Shown in pieces: positions 27,772 through 37,296 of a stretch of 64,000 nucleotides of DNA. Each line of letters opens with the position of its first letter. Positions within the stretch are counted from its first letter, which is position 1. The position numbers were made by a program, and so were the translations under genes. This DNA comes from Candidatus Harrisonbacteria bacterium. GTDB lineage: Bacteria; Patescibacteriota; Minisyncoccia; UBA6257; 02-FULL-45-10c. The notes under the pieces are model-generated. The model saw only the letters and a list, made by a program, of their open reading frames with translations, searched no databases and was not told where the DNA came from. The stretch covers positions 130,647 to 194,646 of the forward strand of contig JACROC010000007.1 of the NCBI GenBank assembly GCA_016214655.1. The letters are read 5' to 3'.

Positions 27772-28859
27772 TAAATAGCTTTCAAAAAACTGATTCAGTA
27801 GTTGCCCAGCTAATGAAATCTTCTCCGGATTTAGCGGCTATGCTTAAGGAGGGAGATTTAGCAAATGGCAGGTTATTGATAAGAATGCCGCGGGCAGTTT
27901 ATTTTGATCTGGGTAAATTTGGAACCGGCGTGGTGTATGGTGTTGAGCTTTTAAATGCAAGAGAGGTTTTAAAGAATTTAAAGGAGGGAGATGAGGTTAC
28001 CGCCAAGGTTCTGGAAACCGAGAATGATGACGGTTATGTCGAGTTGTCTTTAGCAGAAGCCGGAAAGCAAAAATCCTGGCAAAGAATAAAAGAGCTATAT
28101 GAGAAAGGAGAAGATTTTTCAGTTAAGATTACCGGAGCGAATTCCGGCGGATTAATGGCGGATGTTGAGGGTCTGAAAGCTTTTCTTCCGGTTTCCCAGC
28201 TGGCCAGTGAGCATTATCCCCGGGTGGAAGAGGGAGATAAATCCAAAATTTTGGACGAACTCAAAAAATTTGTCGGTCAGGAGCTGCGGGTTAAGGTTTT
28301 GGATTTTAATTTGCGTTCCGATAAGTTGATTCTTTCCGAGCGGGAAACTGTGGTTAAAAACGTCCAGGAGAAGCTTAATAAGTATAAAACCGGCGATGTT
28401 ATTGACGGCATTATTTCCGGAGTGGCGGATTTTGGCGCCTTTATCAAATTTGCCGATGATCCGGAAATAGAGGGATTGATCCATATCTCCGAGCTTGATC
28501 ATCGGTTAATTGAAAATCCGAAAGACGTAGTTAAGGTGAACGATGCGGTAAAAGCGAAAATTTTGGAAATCAAAGATGGCCGGGTTACCTTATCTCTTAA
28601 GGCTTTAAGGGAAGATCCCTGGCTTAAAGTTGAAGAAAAATATAAAGCCGGGACAGATGTGCAAGGGAAAGTTCTTCGTTTTAACCCATTCGGAGCGTTC
28701 GTTTCTTTGGATCCGGAGATTCAGGGATTGATTCACGTTTCGGAATTCGGCGGCGTAGATGAAATGAAAGCTAAACTAAAAGAAGGCGAGACTTATACTT
28801 TTCATATTGACTCGGTAAAGCCGCAAGAAAAGAGAATTACTTTGAAGTTGAAGAAATAA
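27768..28859 (+). CDS. rpsA: 30S ribosomal protein S1-like protein (four S1 RNA-binding domains)
   Basis: Repeated S1 domain signatures (GxV.G.V....FGAFV/I). Short four-domain form. Confidence 0.7.
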   Translation: MLNSFQKTDSVVAQLMKSSPDLAAMLKEGDLANGRLLIRMPRAVYFDLGKFGTGVVYGVELLNAREVLKNLKEGDEVTAKVLETENDDGYVELSLAEAGKQKSWQRIKELYEKGEDFSVKITGANSGGLMADVEGLKAFLPVSQLASEHYPRVEEGDKSKILDELKKFVGQELRVKVLDFNLRSDKLILSERETVVKNVQEKLNKYKTGDVIDGIISGVADFGAFIKFADDPEIEGLIHISELDHRLIENPKDVVKVNDAVKAKILEIKDGRVTLSLKALREDPWLKVEEKYKAGTDVQGKVLRFNPFGAFVSLDPEIQGLIHVSEFGGVDEMKAKLKEGETYTFHIDSVKPQEKRITLKLKK

Positions 28860-28885
28860 AAAACGCCCTAAGGCGTTTTTTGTTG
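28860..28885 (+). terminator. Intrinsic terminator
   Basis: Hairpin aaaacgccctaaggcgtttt followed by a T-run. Confidence 0.65.
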
Positions 28886-28972
28886 ACTTTTGCCTTATTT
28901 TATTATATTATGTAATCAGTAAAGTTGTGCTTGGAAATTGACAACAAAAGATGGAAAGTGAGGTGAGAAAAG

Positions 28973-30664
28973 ATGAAATCGGGCGCGTTCCGGAAGTTAA
29001 GCGATGAAGAGATTGACTCAGCCTTTCTTGGAGAAGGAGAGAGATCTTCAATTTCAAGATCGGCCGATCCTACCGAGTCACAGATTGATATATCTGCCCC
29101 ACAAGGCGGACAGACACCCTGTGCGGTTAAGCTGGCGAATCAGGTTCTGGAGATAGCGCGAAAGCGTTTTTCGGATAACCAGGTTTTGGCCGGTTTGATT
29201 TCTTTTTATGATCAGCTGGATAATTTACTTAAGTCATTTTTCAATCCGGTAGTGCGCCAGACCTGGTGTCGGGATAATTATGAGAATTTTGACCGGGAGA
29301 TTAATTCACTTCGCGGCCAGCTGAATCAGTTCGGGTTTGCGAATTTGGAAGAGATAAATGAGTTGCGTTGCCAGTTCCGTGAAATACAACAGGAACTGCA
29401 GGGACCTGATAAGTGTTTGGAATGTGGTCACGATGTAGAGGATGAGGATGACGCGGAAGACAGAAAACTAATTTCTGGATTATTATTCACTCCACAGTTT
29501 AGTTTTTTGGTTTATACCAGGGAGCAGGATGGGCATGTTCCGGGCGAAATCCGGGAACGCGGCGGAAGGCCCATTCGAAAAGGATCTTTTGTAGCTGTGG
29601 ACGTTGATGAGCGGATTTGTTTTCATAAGATCCCGTTGCTCCTGGGTTTGGATAAGGGTTTTCATATTTTAGCGGCTACTCCGGAAAATATTTCCGAACT
29701 GCAAAATGTTCGGTTAAAGACGGAGTGGAAGGAAGATCGATATATTGATCAGCTAAGGTTGAGATTGAAAACTCTGTATGCCCAGCCCTATGAAGATGCG
29801 GCCTTAAGAGTTAAGGAGCTAATTAAGTATTTGGTTGAGCGTGAGGCGGAGCGGGAAAAACATAAGGATGCTGACCAGCATCTGGAGATTATTGACGTGG
29901 ATCGTGATTACGCGGTTGGCCAGGATCAATCCATGTTTGGCATCGGTCTGAGCTGTTTTACGGATGAACTGGATGCCTTGGTTTCCAAATCCGGCTTGAG
30001 CGAGACGCAAGTGATGGGTCTCGTGGTTGAGTGGATTAATCGAAGCGGGTCTTTAGATGATATTGAGACATACTTTGTGAAGAATCGCGGCGATGCCGAT
30101 GATCTTGGTAAACATAAGGTCAAGCGTTCAACTAAGCGTTTTGGTAAGCCCGGCGGGCTTGGTTTTCCTGGCGGAGGCGTTGAACCGGATTGCTGGAGCA
30201 AGGCCACTGAGGATTATTTGAAAAAGATATTGCCTCCGGTGCTTTGGCAAAAGACGCGCGGAAATTCTCTACAGAGTTCATTTTTTTACAGAAAAATCAC
30301 CAATCTTTGCCGGGAAATCTATGGCGAAAGCGGCCGTTGGCCAATCAAGATCTATGGCCGGGTTGCCAGAATCGTTAAGAATCAAACTCACCTTACCGAG
30401 TTTTGGCTGGTGCGCTTAGAAAGAAGCGCCAGCGGCGGCGTGAGAGAGCTGAATGAAATTGATTGCAATCAGACTAAGGATTGGCTGAAGCTGGGAGAGG
30501 TTTTTCAGATGCGGGTTGGCGGCCTGGATGTCCAGGGAAAGCGCCAGCGGAAAGATCTTCCCTATTGCAGCCATCTCCGCGTATTGGTTGAGAATTTTCT
30601 GGAAAGACAGAACATCCCGCTTACCGATGGCATGAAGAGCTTTAAGGGCAGGCTGAAGAAATAA
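28973..30664 (+). CDS. Hypothetical 563-aa protein, moderately GC-rich, with a short Cys motif (KCLECGHD) and an acidic tract
   Basis: Long uninterrupted ORF with GAGGTGA SD 6 nt upstream and a terminator downstream. GC is higher than its neighbours. No recognisable domain. Confidence 0.5.
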   Translation: MKSGAFRKLSDEEIDSAFLGEGERSSISRSADPTESQIDISAPQGGQTPCAVKLANQVLEIARKRFSDNQVLAGLISFYDQLDNLLKSFFNPVVRQTWCRDNYENFDREINSLRGQLNQFGFANLEEINELRCQFREIQQELQGPDKCLECGHDVEDEDDAEDRKLISGLLFTPQFSFLVYTREQDGHVPGEIRERGGRPIRKGSFVAVDVDERICFHKIPLLLGLDKGFHILAATPENISELQNVRLKTEWKEDRYIDQLRLRLKTLYAQPYEDAALRVKELIKYLVEREAEREKHKDADQHLEIIDVDRDYAVGQDQSMFGIGLSCFTDELDALVSKSGLSETQVMGLVVEWINRSGSLDDIETYFVKNRGDADDLGKHKVKRSTKRFGKPGGLGFPGGGVEPDCWSKATEDYLKKILPPVLWQKTRGNSLQSSFFYRKITNLCREIYGESGRWPIKIYGRVARIVKNQTHLTEFWLVRLERSASGGVRELNEIDCNQTKDWLKLGEVFQMRVGGLDVQGKRQRKDLPYCSHLRVLVENFLERQNIPLTDGMKSFKGRLKK

Positions 30665-30667
30665 AAA

Positions 30668-30700
30668 ATTATTGGCCCCTATCAAACGGGGCCTTTTTTG
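30668..30700 (+). terminator. Intrinsic terminator
   Basis: Hairpin ggcccctatcaaacggggcc followed by a T-run. Confidence 0.65.
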
Positions 30701-30714
30701 TTTATAATAGGAAA

Positions 30715-32565
30715 ATGAAGAACAATATTAATAATCTGCTTTATAAAAATATTTTGTGGGCGACTATGACTCTATTGATATTGGCGATAGCCTTTTCTTT
30801 TTTATTCACGCAAAGCAAAGCCCCAACTGAATTAACCATCAGCGCTTTGGCGGAAAAAATTAATAAAGGCGAGGTGGAAAAAATTATTGTCAGCGGCAAT
30901 AATCTGGCTATTGATTTAAAGAACGGAGAAAAAGCAGTAGCTAAAAAAGAAACCGAACTCGGGCTTTCCCAGACTTTAAATAATTACGGCGTTAATTATT
31001 CGGCGCTTCAGGCGGTGGCTTTGGAAGTTAAAGATGAATCCGGATTTCAGTTTTGGGTAGGAATATTGCTTCCCACTATTTTGCCTTTAATAGTTATCGG
31101 CGTAATGTTTTGGCTGATTTTCCGGCAGGCGAAATCCGGAGCGGCGCAGGCGTTCAGTTTTGGCCGCGCTAACATTAAAATGTTCCATTCTTTTAAGGAT
31201 CGCATAACTTTTAAGGATGTCGCCGGACTTAAAGAAGCTAAACAAGAACTGGAAGAGGTGGTGGATTTTTTGAAAAATCCGAAAAAATTTTTGGAAATGG
31301 GCGCCAGGATTCCGCGCGGAGTTTTACTGATGGGCGCGCCTGGAACAGGTAAGACTTTACTCGCACGGGCAGTGGCCGGAGAAGCTAATGTTCCCTTTTT
31401 CCATCTTTCCGCTTCAGAATTTGTGGAGATGTTTGTTGGTGTGGGCGCTTCCAGGACTCGGGATGCTTTTGCAACTGCAAAAAAAGCCGCGCCATCTATC
31501 TTATTTATAGATGAAATTGACGCGGTTGGCAGAGAACGCGGCGCCGGGCTTGGCGGGGGGCATGACGAGCGCGAACAGACTTTAAATCAGATTTTGGTGG
31601 AGATGGATGGTTTTGATCGCGATACTAATGTAATCGTGCTGGCGGCAACTAATCGTCCGGATATTTTAGATCGCGCGCTTCTCCGTCCGGGAAGGTTCGA
31701 TCGGAGAGTATTTTTAGATTTACCAGACATTAAAGACAGAGAAGAGATTCTAAAGCTTCATGCCGAGGAAAAACCGCTTGCTAAAGATGTGGATTTAAAA
31801 AAAGTAGCAGTGCGTACCCCGGGATTTTCCGGCGCTGATTTGGCTAATTTAATGAATGAATCGGCAATTTTGGCGGCTAGGCATAATCATAAATTAGTTG
31901 CACAGGAAGATCTTTATAATTCTATTGAAAAAGTTCTTCTCGGGCCGGAACGGAAAAACCGCGTAATTACGGAAAAAGAAAAAGAAATTACTGCCTATCA
32001 TGAGGCTGGACATGCTTTGGTAGCGGCCAGCTTAAAAGACGCTGACCCGGTTCATAAAGTTTCGATTGTCAGCCGCGGACGCGCCGGCGGTTACACTTTA
32101 AAATTGCCGGTTGAAGAATTGCACCTGCGAAGCCGGACCCAGTTTTTGACTGATATTGCGGTAGCGCTCGGCGGTTTTGTAGCGGAAAAATTTGTTTTCG
32201 GCGATATCAGCACCGGCGCTTCTAATGATATAAAAGAAGCTTCAAAATTAGCCCGGGCTTTAGTGACTCAATATGGGATGAGCGAAGAATTAGGACCGCA
32301 GACTTTCGGTGAGTCGCATGAACTTATCTTTTTAGGCAAGGAATTGGGAGGCGAGAAAAATTATTCGGAAACTGTGGCAACTAAGATTGATGAAGAGGTG
32401 AAGAATTTTATTGACCGGGGGTTTGAGTCGGCGAAAAAAATAATCAGCAGCCGGAAAAAAGTTTTGGATGCGATTGCCAAGACTTTAATAGAAAAAGAAA
32501 CTTTGGAGAGGGAGGAATTTGATAAGTTGGTTGGTGGATTTAAGTTGAAGCCGCTCGCTATATAA
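30715..32565 (+). CDS. ftsH: ATP-dependent zinc metalloprotease FtsH
   Basis: N-terminal TM helices, AAA Walker A GAPGTGKT, second region of homology, zinc-binding HEAGHAL. Confidence 0.9.
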   Translation: MKNNINNLLYKNILWATMTLLILAIAFSFLFTQSKAPTELTISALAEKINKGEVEKIIVSGNNLAIDLKNGEKAVAKKETELGLSQTLNNYGVNYSALQAVALEVKDESGFQFWVGILLPTILPLIVIGVMFWLIFRQAKSGAAQAFSFGRANIKMFHSFKDRITFKDVAGLKEAKQELEEVVDFLKNPKKFLEMGARIPRGVLLMGAPGTGKTLLARAVAGEANVPFFHLSASEFVEMFVGVGASRTRDAFATAKKAAPSILFIDEIDAVGRERGAGLGGGHDEREQTLNQILVEMDGFDRDTNVIVLAATNRPDILDRALLRPGRFDRRVFLDLPDIKDREEILKLHAEEKPLAKDVDLKKVAVRTPGFSGADLANLMNESAILAARHNHKLVAQEDLYNSIEKVLLGPERKNRVITEKEKEITAYHEAGHALVAASLKDADPVHKVSIVSRGRAGGYTLKLPVEELHLRSRTQFLTDIAVALGGFVAEKFVFGDISTGASNDIKEASKLARALVTQYGMSEELGPQTFGESHELIFLGKELGGEKNYSETVATKIDEEVKNFIDRGFESAKKIISSRKKVLDAIAKTLIEKETLEREEFDKLVGGFKLKPLAI

Positions 32566-32602
32566 TTTTTATCTTTTTTAAAACCAGCCAGCATATTTCT
32601 AT

Positions 32603-32710
32603 GAGCACCGATGTCGCTCCGCTCTAGCTGCGGAGCGCATCTACGCCTCAGCAGAAAAAATCCCGCTGCGCGGGATAACAAGCTTTTTCTGCCTCCGTAG
32701 TTGCTCTACG
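32603..32710. repeat. Structured palindromic intergenic element, shorter copy C (core CTACGCCTC...CCGTAGTT)
   Basis: Shares the outer motifs catctacgcctcagc ... ctccgtagttgctctacg with copies A and B. Internal hairpins cgctccgc..gcggagcg and tcccgctgcgcggga. Confidence 0.55.
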
Positions 32711-32842
32711 AAACATACTGGCTGTTTTTATTTAAAAATTATACAACTCGCTTATATTGTTATTTTAAAAAGCAAAAGCCCCGCCTATGTAAGCGCGGGG
32801 CTGTGAGGAGATAAAGCTCTCCTCGGGCTTTGTTCTACCCTC

Positions 32843-33271
32843 TTACCGCATGGTATAAGGGAATGGCGCGTCGCTGCTGAGGTTTTCGATGGGCCGAACC
32901 AGTATCTTGCCGGCTTTGGAGGCTTCGCAGTCAAAGGTGCAATCTGCCACCTTGCCTTGATCGAAACCAACATCGCGGTAAAGGAAGCTGATTCTGATTT
33001 TGGCCCACTGTCGACTTATCGACATGATGCCCTCGGCCTTGATCAGTCCCTCCACCCAGTTCTTTTTTTCATCGCCAGGCGAATAGACGCGGATCTTCAT
33101 CGAGAGGCGACGCTGATCCTGGTACTCCAGCCCTTCCCGGCTTTCGATGTTGAGGTCTGATTCCACCCAGCGTCCATTGACCTGCGCCATCGAGCAGAGT
33201 CCTCGATGTTGAAGGATCGCCCTCACCATTTCAATGGCGAGGCTAGTCGTCTGACTGTGGCTGATTTTCAT
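32843..33271 (-). CDS. Hypothetical protein in a GC-rich islet next to tRNA-Ile
   Basis: ORF trimmed to MKISHSQTT... where an AGGAG RBS lies upstream. GC is noticeably higher than the flanks. No recognisable domain. Confidence 0.45.
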   Translation of the reverse strand: MKISHSQTTSLAIEMVRAILQHRGLCSMAQVNGRWVESDLNIESREGLEYQDQRRLSMKIRVYSPGDEKKNWVEGLIKAEGIMSISRQWAKIRISFLYRDVGFDQGKVADCTFDCEASKAGKILVRPIENLSSDAPFPYTMR

Positions 33272-33472
33272 TGTTTTTTCTCCTGTCGTAGGATTCGTCA
33301 GCCGAAGGCTGGCGCGCTGTTGTCTCAACAGCGATTTAGCAAGAAGTTTTCCGACCAAATCGCTGCTGAGAAGATTTTAAAAGAGCTTTATTCTTATAAA
33401 TATATTATACCATATTGGAGTAATTTGTCAATAGTTGGAAAAAGTGTTACTTTAGAGTAAAATATTTTTAAT

Positions 33473-33545
33473 GGGTGCGTAGCTCAGCGGTTAGAGCTTT
33501 CGTCTTATACACGAATGGCCCCTGGTTCGAATCCAGGCGCACCCA
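33473..33545 (+). tRNA. tRNA-Ile (anticodon UAU as encoded), no encoded CCA
   Basis: Manual fold: acceptor gggtgcg/cgcaccc, D-stem gctc/gagc, anticodon stem ttcgt/acgaa with loop ctTATac, T-stem cctgg/ccagg, discriminator a followed by caaaa. Confidence 0.7.
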
Positions 33546-33552
33546 CAAAATT

Positions 33553-33804
33553 ATGTTAAAGTCTCCGGAATTACAAAAATCAAAAAAAGAAAATAAAGGC
33601 GAAAGCGAATTAGAATTTACCAATCAGGCACAGATGGAATTAATGAAGCGGTCATCTTTAAAGTCGCAAGAATGGGTTGAAAAATATGCTAAAGATTTCC
33701 GCGATCTTTATGAGAAAAATAAAGAACAATTTTCAGAAATTTATGATCGTGACCCGGAAGAATTATACGTGCTTTTGAATTTTATCCTTACTAGTAAACA
33801 ATAA
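33553..33804 (+). CDS. Small hypothetical charged protein (83 aa)
   Basis: ORF beginning MLKSPELQKSKKENKG immediately after the tRNA. The longer table ORF overlaps the tRNA, so it is trimmed. Confidence 0.35.
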   Translation: MLKSPELQKSKKENKGESELEFTNQAQMELMKRSSLKSQEWVEKYAKDFRDLYEKNKEQFSEIYDRDPEELYVLLNFILTSKQ

Positions 33805-33812
33805 ATTTTGCG

Positions 33813-33955
33813 TTCGCTACCTATTTGCCTACCGGTACCGGCGTTCGCCGACTCCTGCGGTCGGCGTCGCCTACGCCTCGCCGCGATTTTTTGCTTCGCA
33901 AAACCAAGCAAATCGCGGCTCCGTAGTTACCGCACGACAGACAGGTAGCTCACTT
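33813..33955. repeat. Structured palindromic intergenic element, copy B
   Basis: Homologous to copy A (8147-8295) along its full length with compensatory substitutions in the hairpins. Ends are inverted complements GCTACCTATTTGCCTACCGG / CCGCACGACAGACAGGTAGC. Confidence 0.7.
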
Positions 33956-34138
33956 GTTGTATGATAACCAAAAATTCTGTGAGGCTGATTCGGGCTGGCG
34001 GTGGGATCAATTTAGCTCCCTTTAGGGAGCTTTATAAATATAGGCGTTCAGCCGAAGAGAGTTTTTGGTTTTATTGACTTTGCAGTCGTTTTTAAATAAA
34101 GTTTGTTGGTAAATTGAAAACTAGAAAAAGAATAGTTT

Positions 34139-34576
34139 GTGGCAGAGAAAAATTCCCGGCAGAGAATTGATGTAGTTAAGCAATGGTTTGATAATCACCC
34201 GTTTGTCCGATGGTTTGAGTTGTCGCTTACGCATATTGATAATCAGTCTACGGTTGTAGAGATGCCTATCTGCGTTAAACATTGCACTGGAAATGGCATT
34301 GTGACTGGCGGAGTGCATGCGGTTCTCGGTAATGCGGCTGGTGTGGCTCTGGCAATGATGCATTCGGAAAATTTTACTCCGCTGGCAGAAATAAATAGTT
34401 TGAAATTCTGCCGCCCGGTTAAATTGAGCGACGAAAGACTTTTGGCCGAAGCGCAATTTCTGGGAATCGAGCAAAATAGAATTCTAATTAAAGTATTAAT
34501 TAAAAATTCTGTTGGTGAATTAAAAGCTGAAGGAATTTTTGAATACGCGCTTCTGGATAAGCCATACAATTCCTGA
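34139..34576 (+). CDS. Hotdog-fold thioesterase (PaaI/YigI-like)
   Basis: NGIVTGGVHAVLGNAAGVALAMM is the typical PaaI-family active-site region. GTG start. Confidence 0.6.
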   Translation: MAEKNSRQRIDVVKQWFDNHPFVRWFELSLTHIDNQSTVVEMPICVKHCTGNGIVTGGVHAVLGNAAGVALAMMHSENFTPLAEINSLKFCRPVKLSDERLLAEAQFLGIEQNRILIKVLIKNSVGELKAEGIFEYALLDKPYNS

Positions 34577-34623
34577 CGGTAATAATAAAAACACCACGGT
34601 TGTAACACCGTGGTTTATTATTT

Positions 34624-35625
34624 TTATTTTGCTGCGTAACTTTTTGGAGCAATGCAGTCTTCTGGCTTTTTGTCAGTTCGGAAATCGACCAGTTTGGCAT
34701 CATTAAGTTTTCCACTTTTGAATCTGCCTTCAAACTTCAGTTGGATTACTAATGGTAATTTTGCGCTTAATAATTCTTTCCGCATTTGCACAGTGAATAG
34801 GCCGAATTTCCCGCAGGAGAATTCTTTGCCAGTTTTCGGATCTACTTGCGAAAGACAAACTTCCTTTACTAATCCAGTTTTGTCATTAAGCACTAAGCTT
34901 CTTACAACGAAATCATCCTCATAAATAGGCTTCCATTTGTAACAGCCTTTTGGTCTGGCAGGACTTTTGCCGTCTAAACGATAGGAACCGGTAAAATCCT
35001 TTGCATAGAGCACCAATCCTTCCCATGCATGTTCGTTAACTGCCTTATTCTTTTTGACTAACGCCTTAGCTTCGTCATAAGTCATATTCATTACTGGAAC
35101 TGGAATGATATGTTGAGGCTTAGTCCTTTGGAGTATCTGACTGATTAATTCCAGCTGTTTTTCATAAGGATCCGTGAGCCGGCACTGGCCGCCCAAGAAT
35201 ATTACTTGGAAAATCATTAATCTCATGTATCCATTTTCCAATTGGAAGCGGAGAGCCTTTTCTTTATCAGATTGCATGATGCTGATTACCTTTCCGCGGT
35301 CATCACCGTTTTCCAAATCTACGATTCCTTCGCCAACTAACATAGTCTGGTTGGGAAGATTAAGCTTCTGTAGTTCTGCCTTGATATGGTCTAGGCAATC
35401 AACTTCATTAATGCCATCGGTATAAATTTTCCATTTGCCATTGGCTTTTACCGCGAATAGTTTCCAACCATCGCGTTTTCTGGTGATAATTAGCCTTCTT
35501 TCGCGTTCTAATTGATAAACAACTTCTTCTTTGAAGGTTCCCTGCTGTAATGGTTTAGACATAACTAAGCCCTTTGGCAGCGGATCAAAACACGGCTTCG
35601 GAACAACTCCCCTTTCAGTTTTCAA
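34624..35625 (-). CDS. Small ATP-dependent DNA (or RNA) ligase of the covalent nucleotidyltransferase superfamily (phage-sized, about 330 aa)
   Basis: Motif I KRDGWK (KxDGxR-like), motif III-like MLVGEGIV, motif IV EGLVLYAKD, motif V GCYKWKP. TTG start with AGGAGG RBS. Confidence 0.55.
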   Translation of the reverse strand: MKTERGVVPKPCFDPLPKGLVMSKPLQQGTFKEEVVYQLERERRLIITRKRDGWKLFAVKANGKWKIYTDGINEVDCLDHIKAELQKLNLPNQTMLVGEGIVDLENGDDRGKVISIMQSDKEKALRFQLENGYMRLMIFQVIFLGGQCRLTDPYEKQLELISQILQRTKPQHIIPVPVMNMTYDEAKALVKKNKAVNEHAWEGLVLYAKDFTGSYRLDGKSPARPKGCYKWKPIYEDDFVVRSLVLNDKTGLVKEVCLSQVDPKTGKEFSCGKFGLFTVQMRKELLSAKLPLVIQLKFEGRFKSGKLNDAKLVDFRTDKKPEDCIAPKSYAAK

Positions 35626-35746
35626 CGAACGTCCTCCTGCTATCTCTGCTTACACAAAGATAGCATAGTAATATAATCGCTGTTGATAATTTTGTCAATA
35701 GCCGATAAGATAGTCAATATCGGCGTGTTCGCTGTTGCAATTTTTT

Positions 35747-35819
35747 GGGCGCTTAACTCAGTGGCCAGAGTGCTTCCTTTACACGGAAGAAGTCGGGGGT
35801 TCAAATCCCTCAGCGCCCA
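35747..35819 (+). tRNA. tRNA-Val (anticodon UAC), no encoded CCA
   Basis: Manual fold: acceptor gggcgct/agcgccc, D-stem actc/gagt, anticodon stem cttcc/ggaag with loop ttTACac, T-stem ggggg/ccctc, discriminator a then cag. Confidence 0.7.
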
Positions 35820-35879
35820 CAGTGTAAATTTTGCACCAAAACGAACCCGTATGTTATTATTAACATAAGGTATTATTTT

Positions 35880-36560
35880 GTGTTTCGTTTTATGAAATTT
35901 GAGGAAAAGAAATTAGCAAAAGAATTGCGTACCAGAGGAGATTCCATTAAGGAGATAGCTAAAAAATTAGCAGTTTCAAAAAGCTCTGTAAGTTTATGGG
36001 TGCGTGATATTCAATTGACTAAAGCTCAAAAACAAATCTTGTCTGAAAAAGGAGTTAGAAAAGAAATTATAGAAAAGAGAAGGGTAACCCGCTTAATAAA
36101 TGAATCTATTCGCAGACGCGTCATTATTGATAGCGCTAAACAGGATATTTCGGGGTTATCTAAATTAGAGTTATTACTTATCGGATCGGCATTGTATTGG
36201 GCCGAGGGAAGTAAGAGAAGCAAGGGAACTGTAATATTGTCTAATGGCGACCCCCTAATGATCAAATTGATGATGAGATTCTTTAGAGAAAATTGTGGGG
36301 TTCCAGAAAGTAAGTTTAGAGGATATATTCATATTCATCCTCATTTAGATTTTAAAAAAGCAGAAATTTATTGGGCAGATATTTCTGGGATTCCACTAAA
36401 TCAATTTTATAAAACTTATCGTAAACCAAATATATCTAGCAAAAATAAGAAAGATACGCTCCCATTCGGAACCTTTGATATCACAATTTGTGATACTGTT
36501 TTGTTGCTTAAAATCAAGGGCTGGATAGAAAAACTTAGTGAGATTGCCAAATTAGATTGA
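35880..36560 (+). CDS. HTH-domain protein, possibly with a degenerate homing-endonuclease-like C-terminal region
   Basis: N-terminal HTH (IKEIAKKLAVSKSSVSLWVRD). Segment LLIGSALYWAEGSK faintly resembles a LAGLIDADG block; that part is speculative. Confidence 0.35.
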   Translation: MFRFMKFEEKKLAKELRTRGDSIKEIAKKLAVSKSSVSLWVRDIQLTKAQKQILSEKGVRKEIIEKRRVTRLINESIRRRVIIDSAKQDISGLSKLELLLIGSALYWAEGSKRSKGTVILSNGDPLMIKLMMRFFRENCGVPESKFRGYIHIHPHLDFKKAEIYWADISGIPLNQFYKTYRKPNISSKNKKDTLPFGTFDITICDTVLLLKIKGWIEKLSEIAKLD

Positions 36561-36654
36561 TACGAAGTTCAATTCCCTCGGCGCACAAAAAATCTCGCCT
36601 CACAGCGAGTTTTTTATTGAGTTCCTTTAAAAATGAAAGGCCCCAAGTGGTATG

Positions 36655-37284
36655 CTACCACAAGGGGCCTGGTACTGACTCTTTTTCCTGCATTCTACGT
36701 TTGATCCGGACGATGATGTAGATCATGAGGCTTGTTGAAGGCACTGCGCGGGCGAGATAGATCCATGCGAAAAGATCGTTTTTCACCCACGCCGGATAGA
36801 TCGCGCACAGACTTGCTAGGAGTGCTGCTACCCAGACGAAGACTGGCTCAGTGCTGCGTTCCGCTCGCCATAGTCGCTTGATCGTTGCGAGGTAAGCGAA
36901 GAGCGCAATACATTGAACCAATACGTAGGAGATGAGCGGCTGATCGGTTAACGACCAGAATACTGCTATCACCGCTCCACCAGCAAGGCACCAGCATTGG
37001 ACTTTATCGAATGCCACCCGCAGAGTGCCATAGCGGACGTTGGTCGCGATTACTCCCGTGAGAATCATCGCGATGTTTATCGCTGCGGCAGCCAGCCCGA
37101 TGTTGCCGGTCAAGGACTTTCTGGGACTTTCCCAGTACATCCAGAACGACAGACCCATGACGGTCGTCATTAGGATCCAGGTTGCCGGAACCGGGCTGGT
37201 TTCTCTGATCCAAGCTCGGCGTACATAGTCTATTGCGGATACGATCATCAGAATGACGGTTCCCAGAACTGCGACTTCGTACAT
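36655..37284 (-). CDS. Polytopic membrane protein, GC-rich, paralog 1 of a tandem pair
   Basis: About 6 TM helices. N-terminus is similar to its neighbour (IDYVRRAWIRETSPVPATWIL... versus VPYIRAILLGETKPAKSSWLI...). AAAGGAGG RBS. GC well above the genome background. Confidence 0.5.
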   Translation of the reverse strand: MYEVAVLGTVILMIVSAIDYVRRAWIRETSPVPATWILMTTVMGLSFWMYWESPRKSLTGNIGLAAAAINIAMILTGVIATNVRYGTLRVAFDKVQCWCLAGGAVIAVFWSLTDQPLISYVLVQCIALFAYLATIKRLWRAERSTEPVFVWVAALLASLCAIYPAWVKNDLFAWIYLARAVPSTSLMIYIIVRIKRRMQEKESVPGPLW

Positions 37285-37296
37285 TGTGCGCCTCCT

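Noticed and set aside
33475-33804. 109-aa ORF 33475..33804 as tabulated
   Set aside because: Its 5' portion is the tRNA-Ile gene itself. I trimmed it to the internal ATG at 33553 and kept it at low confidence.
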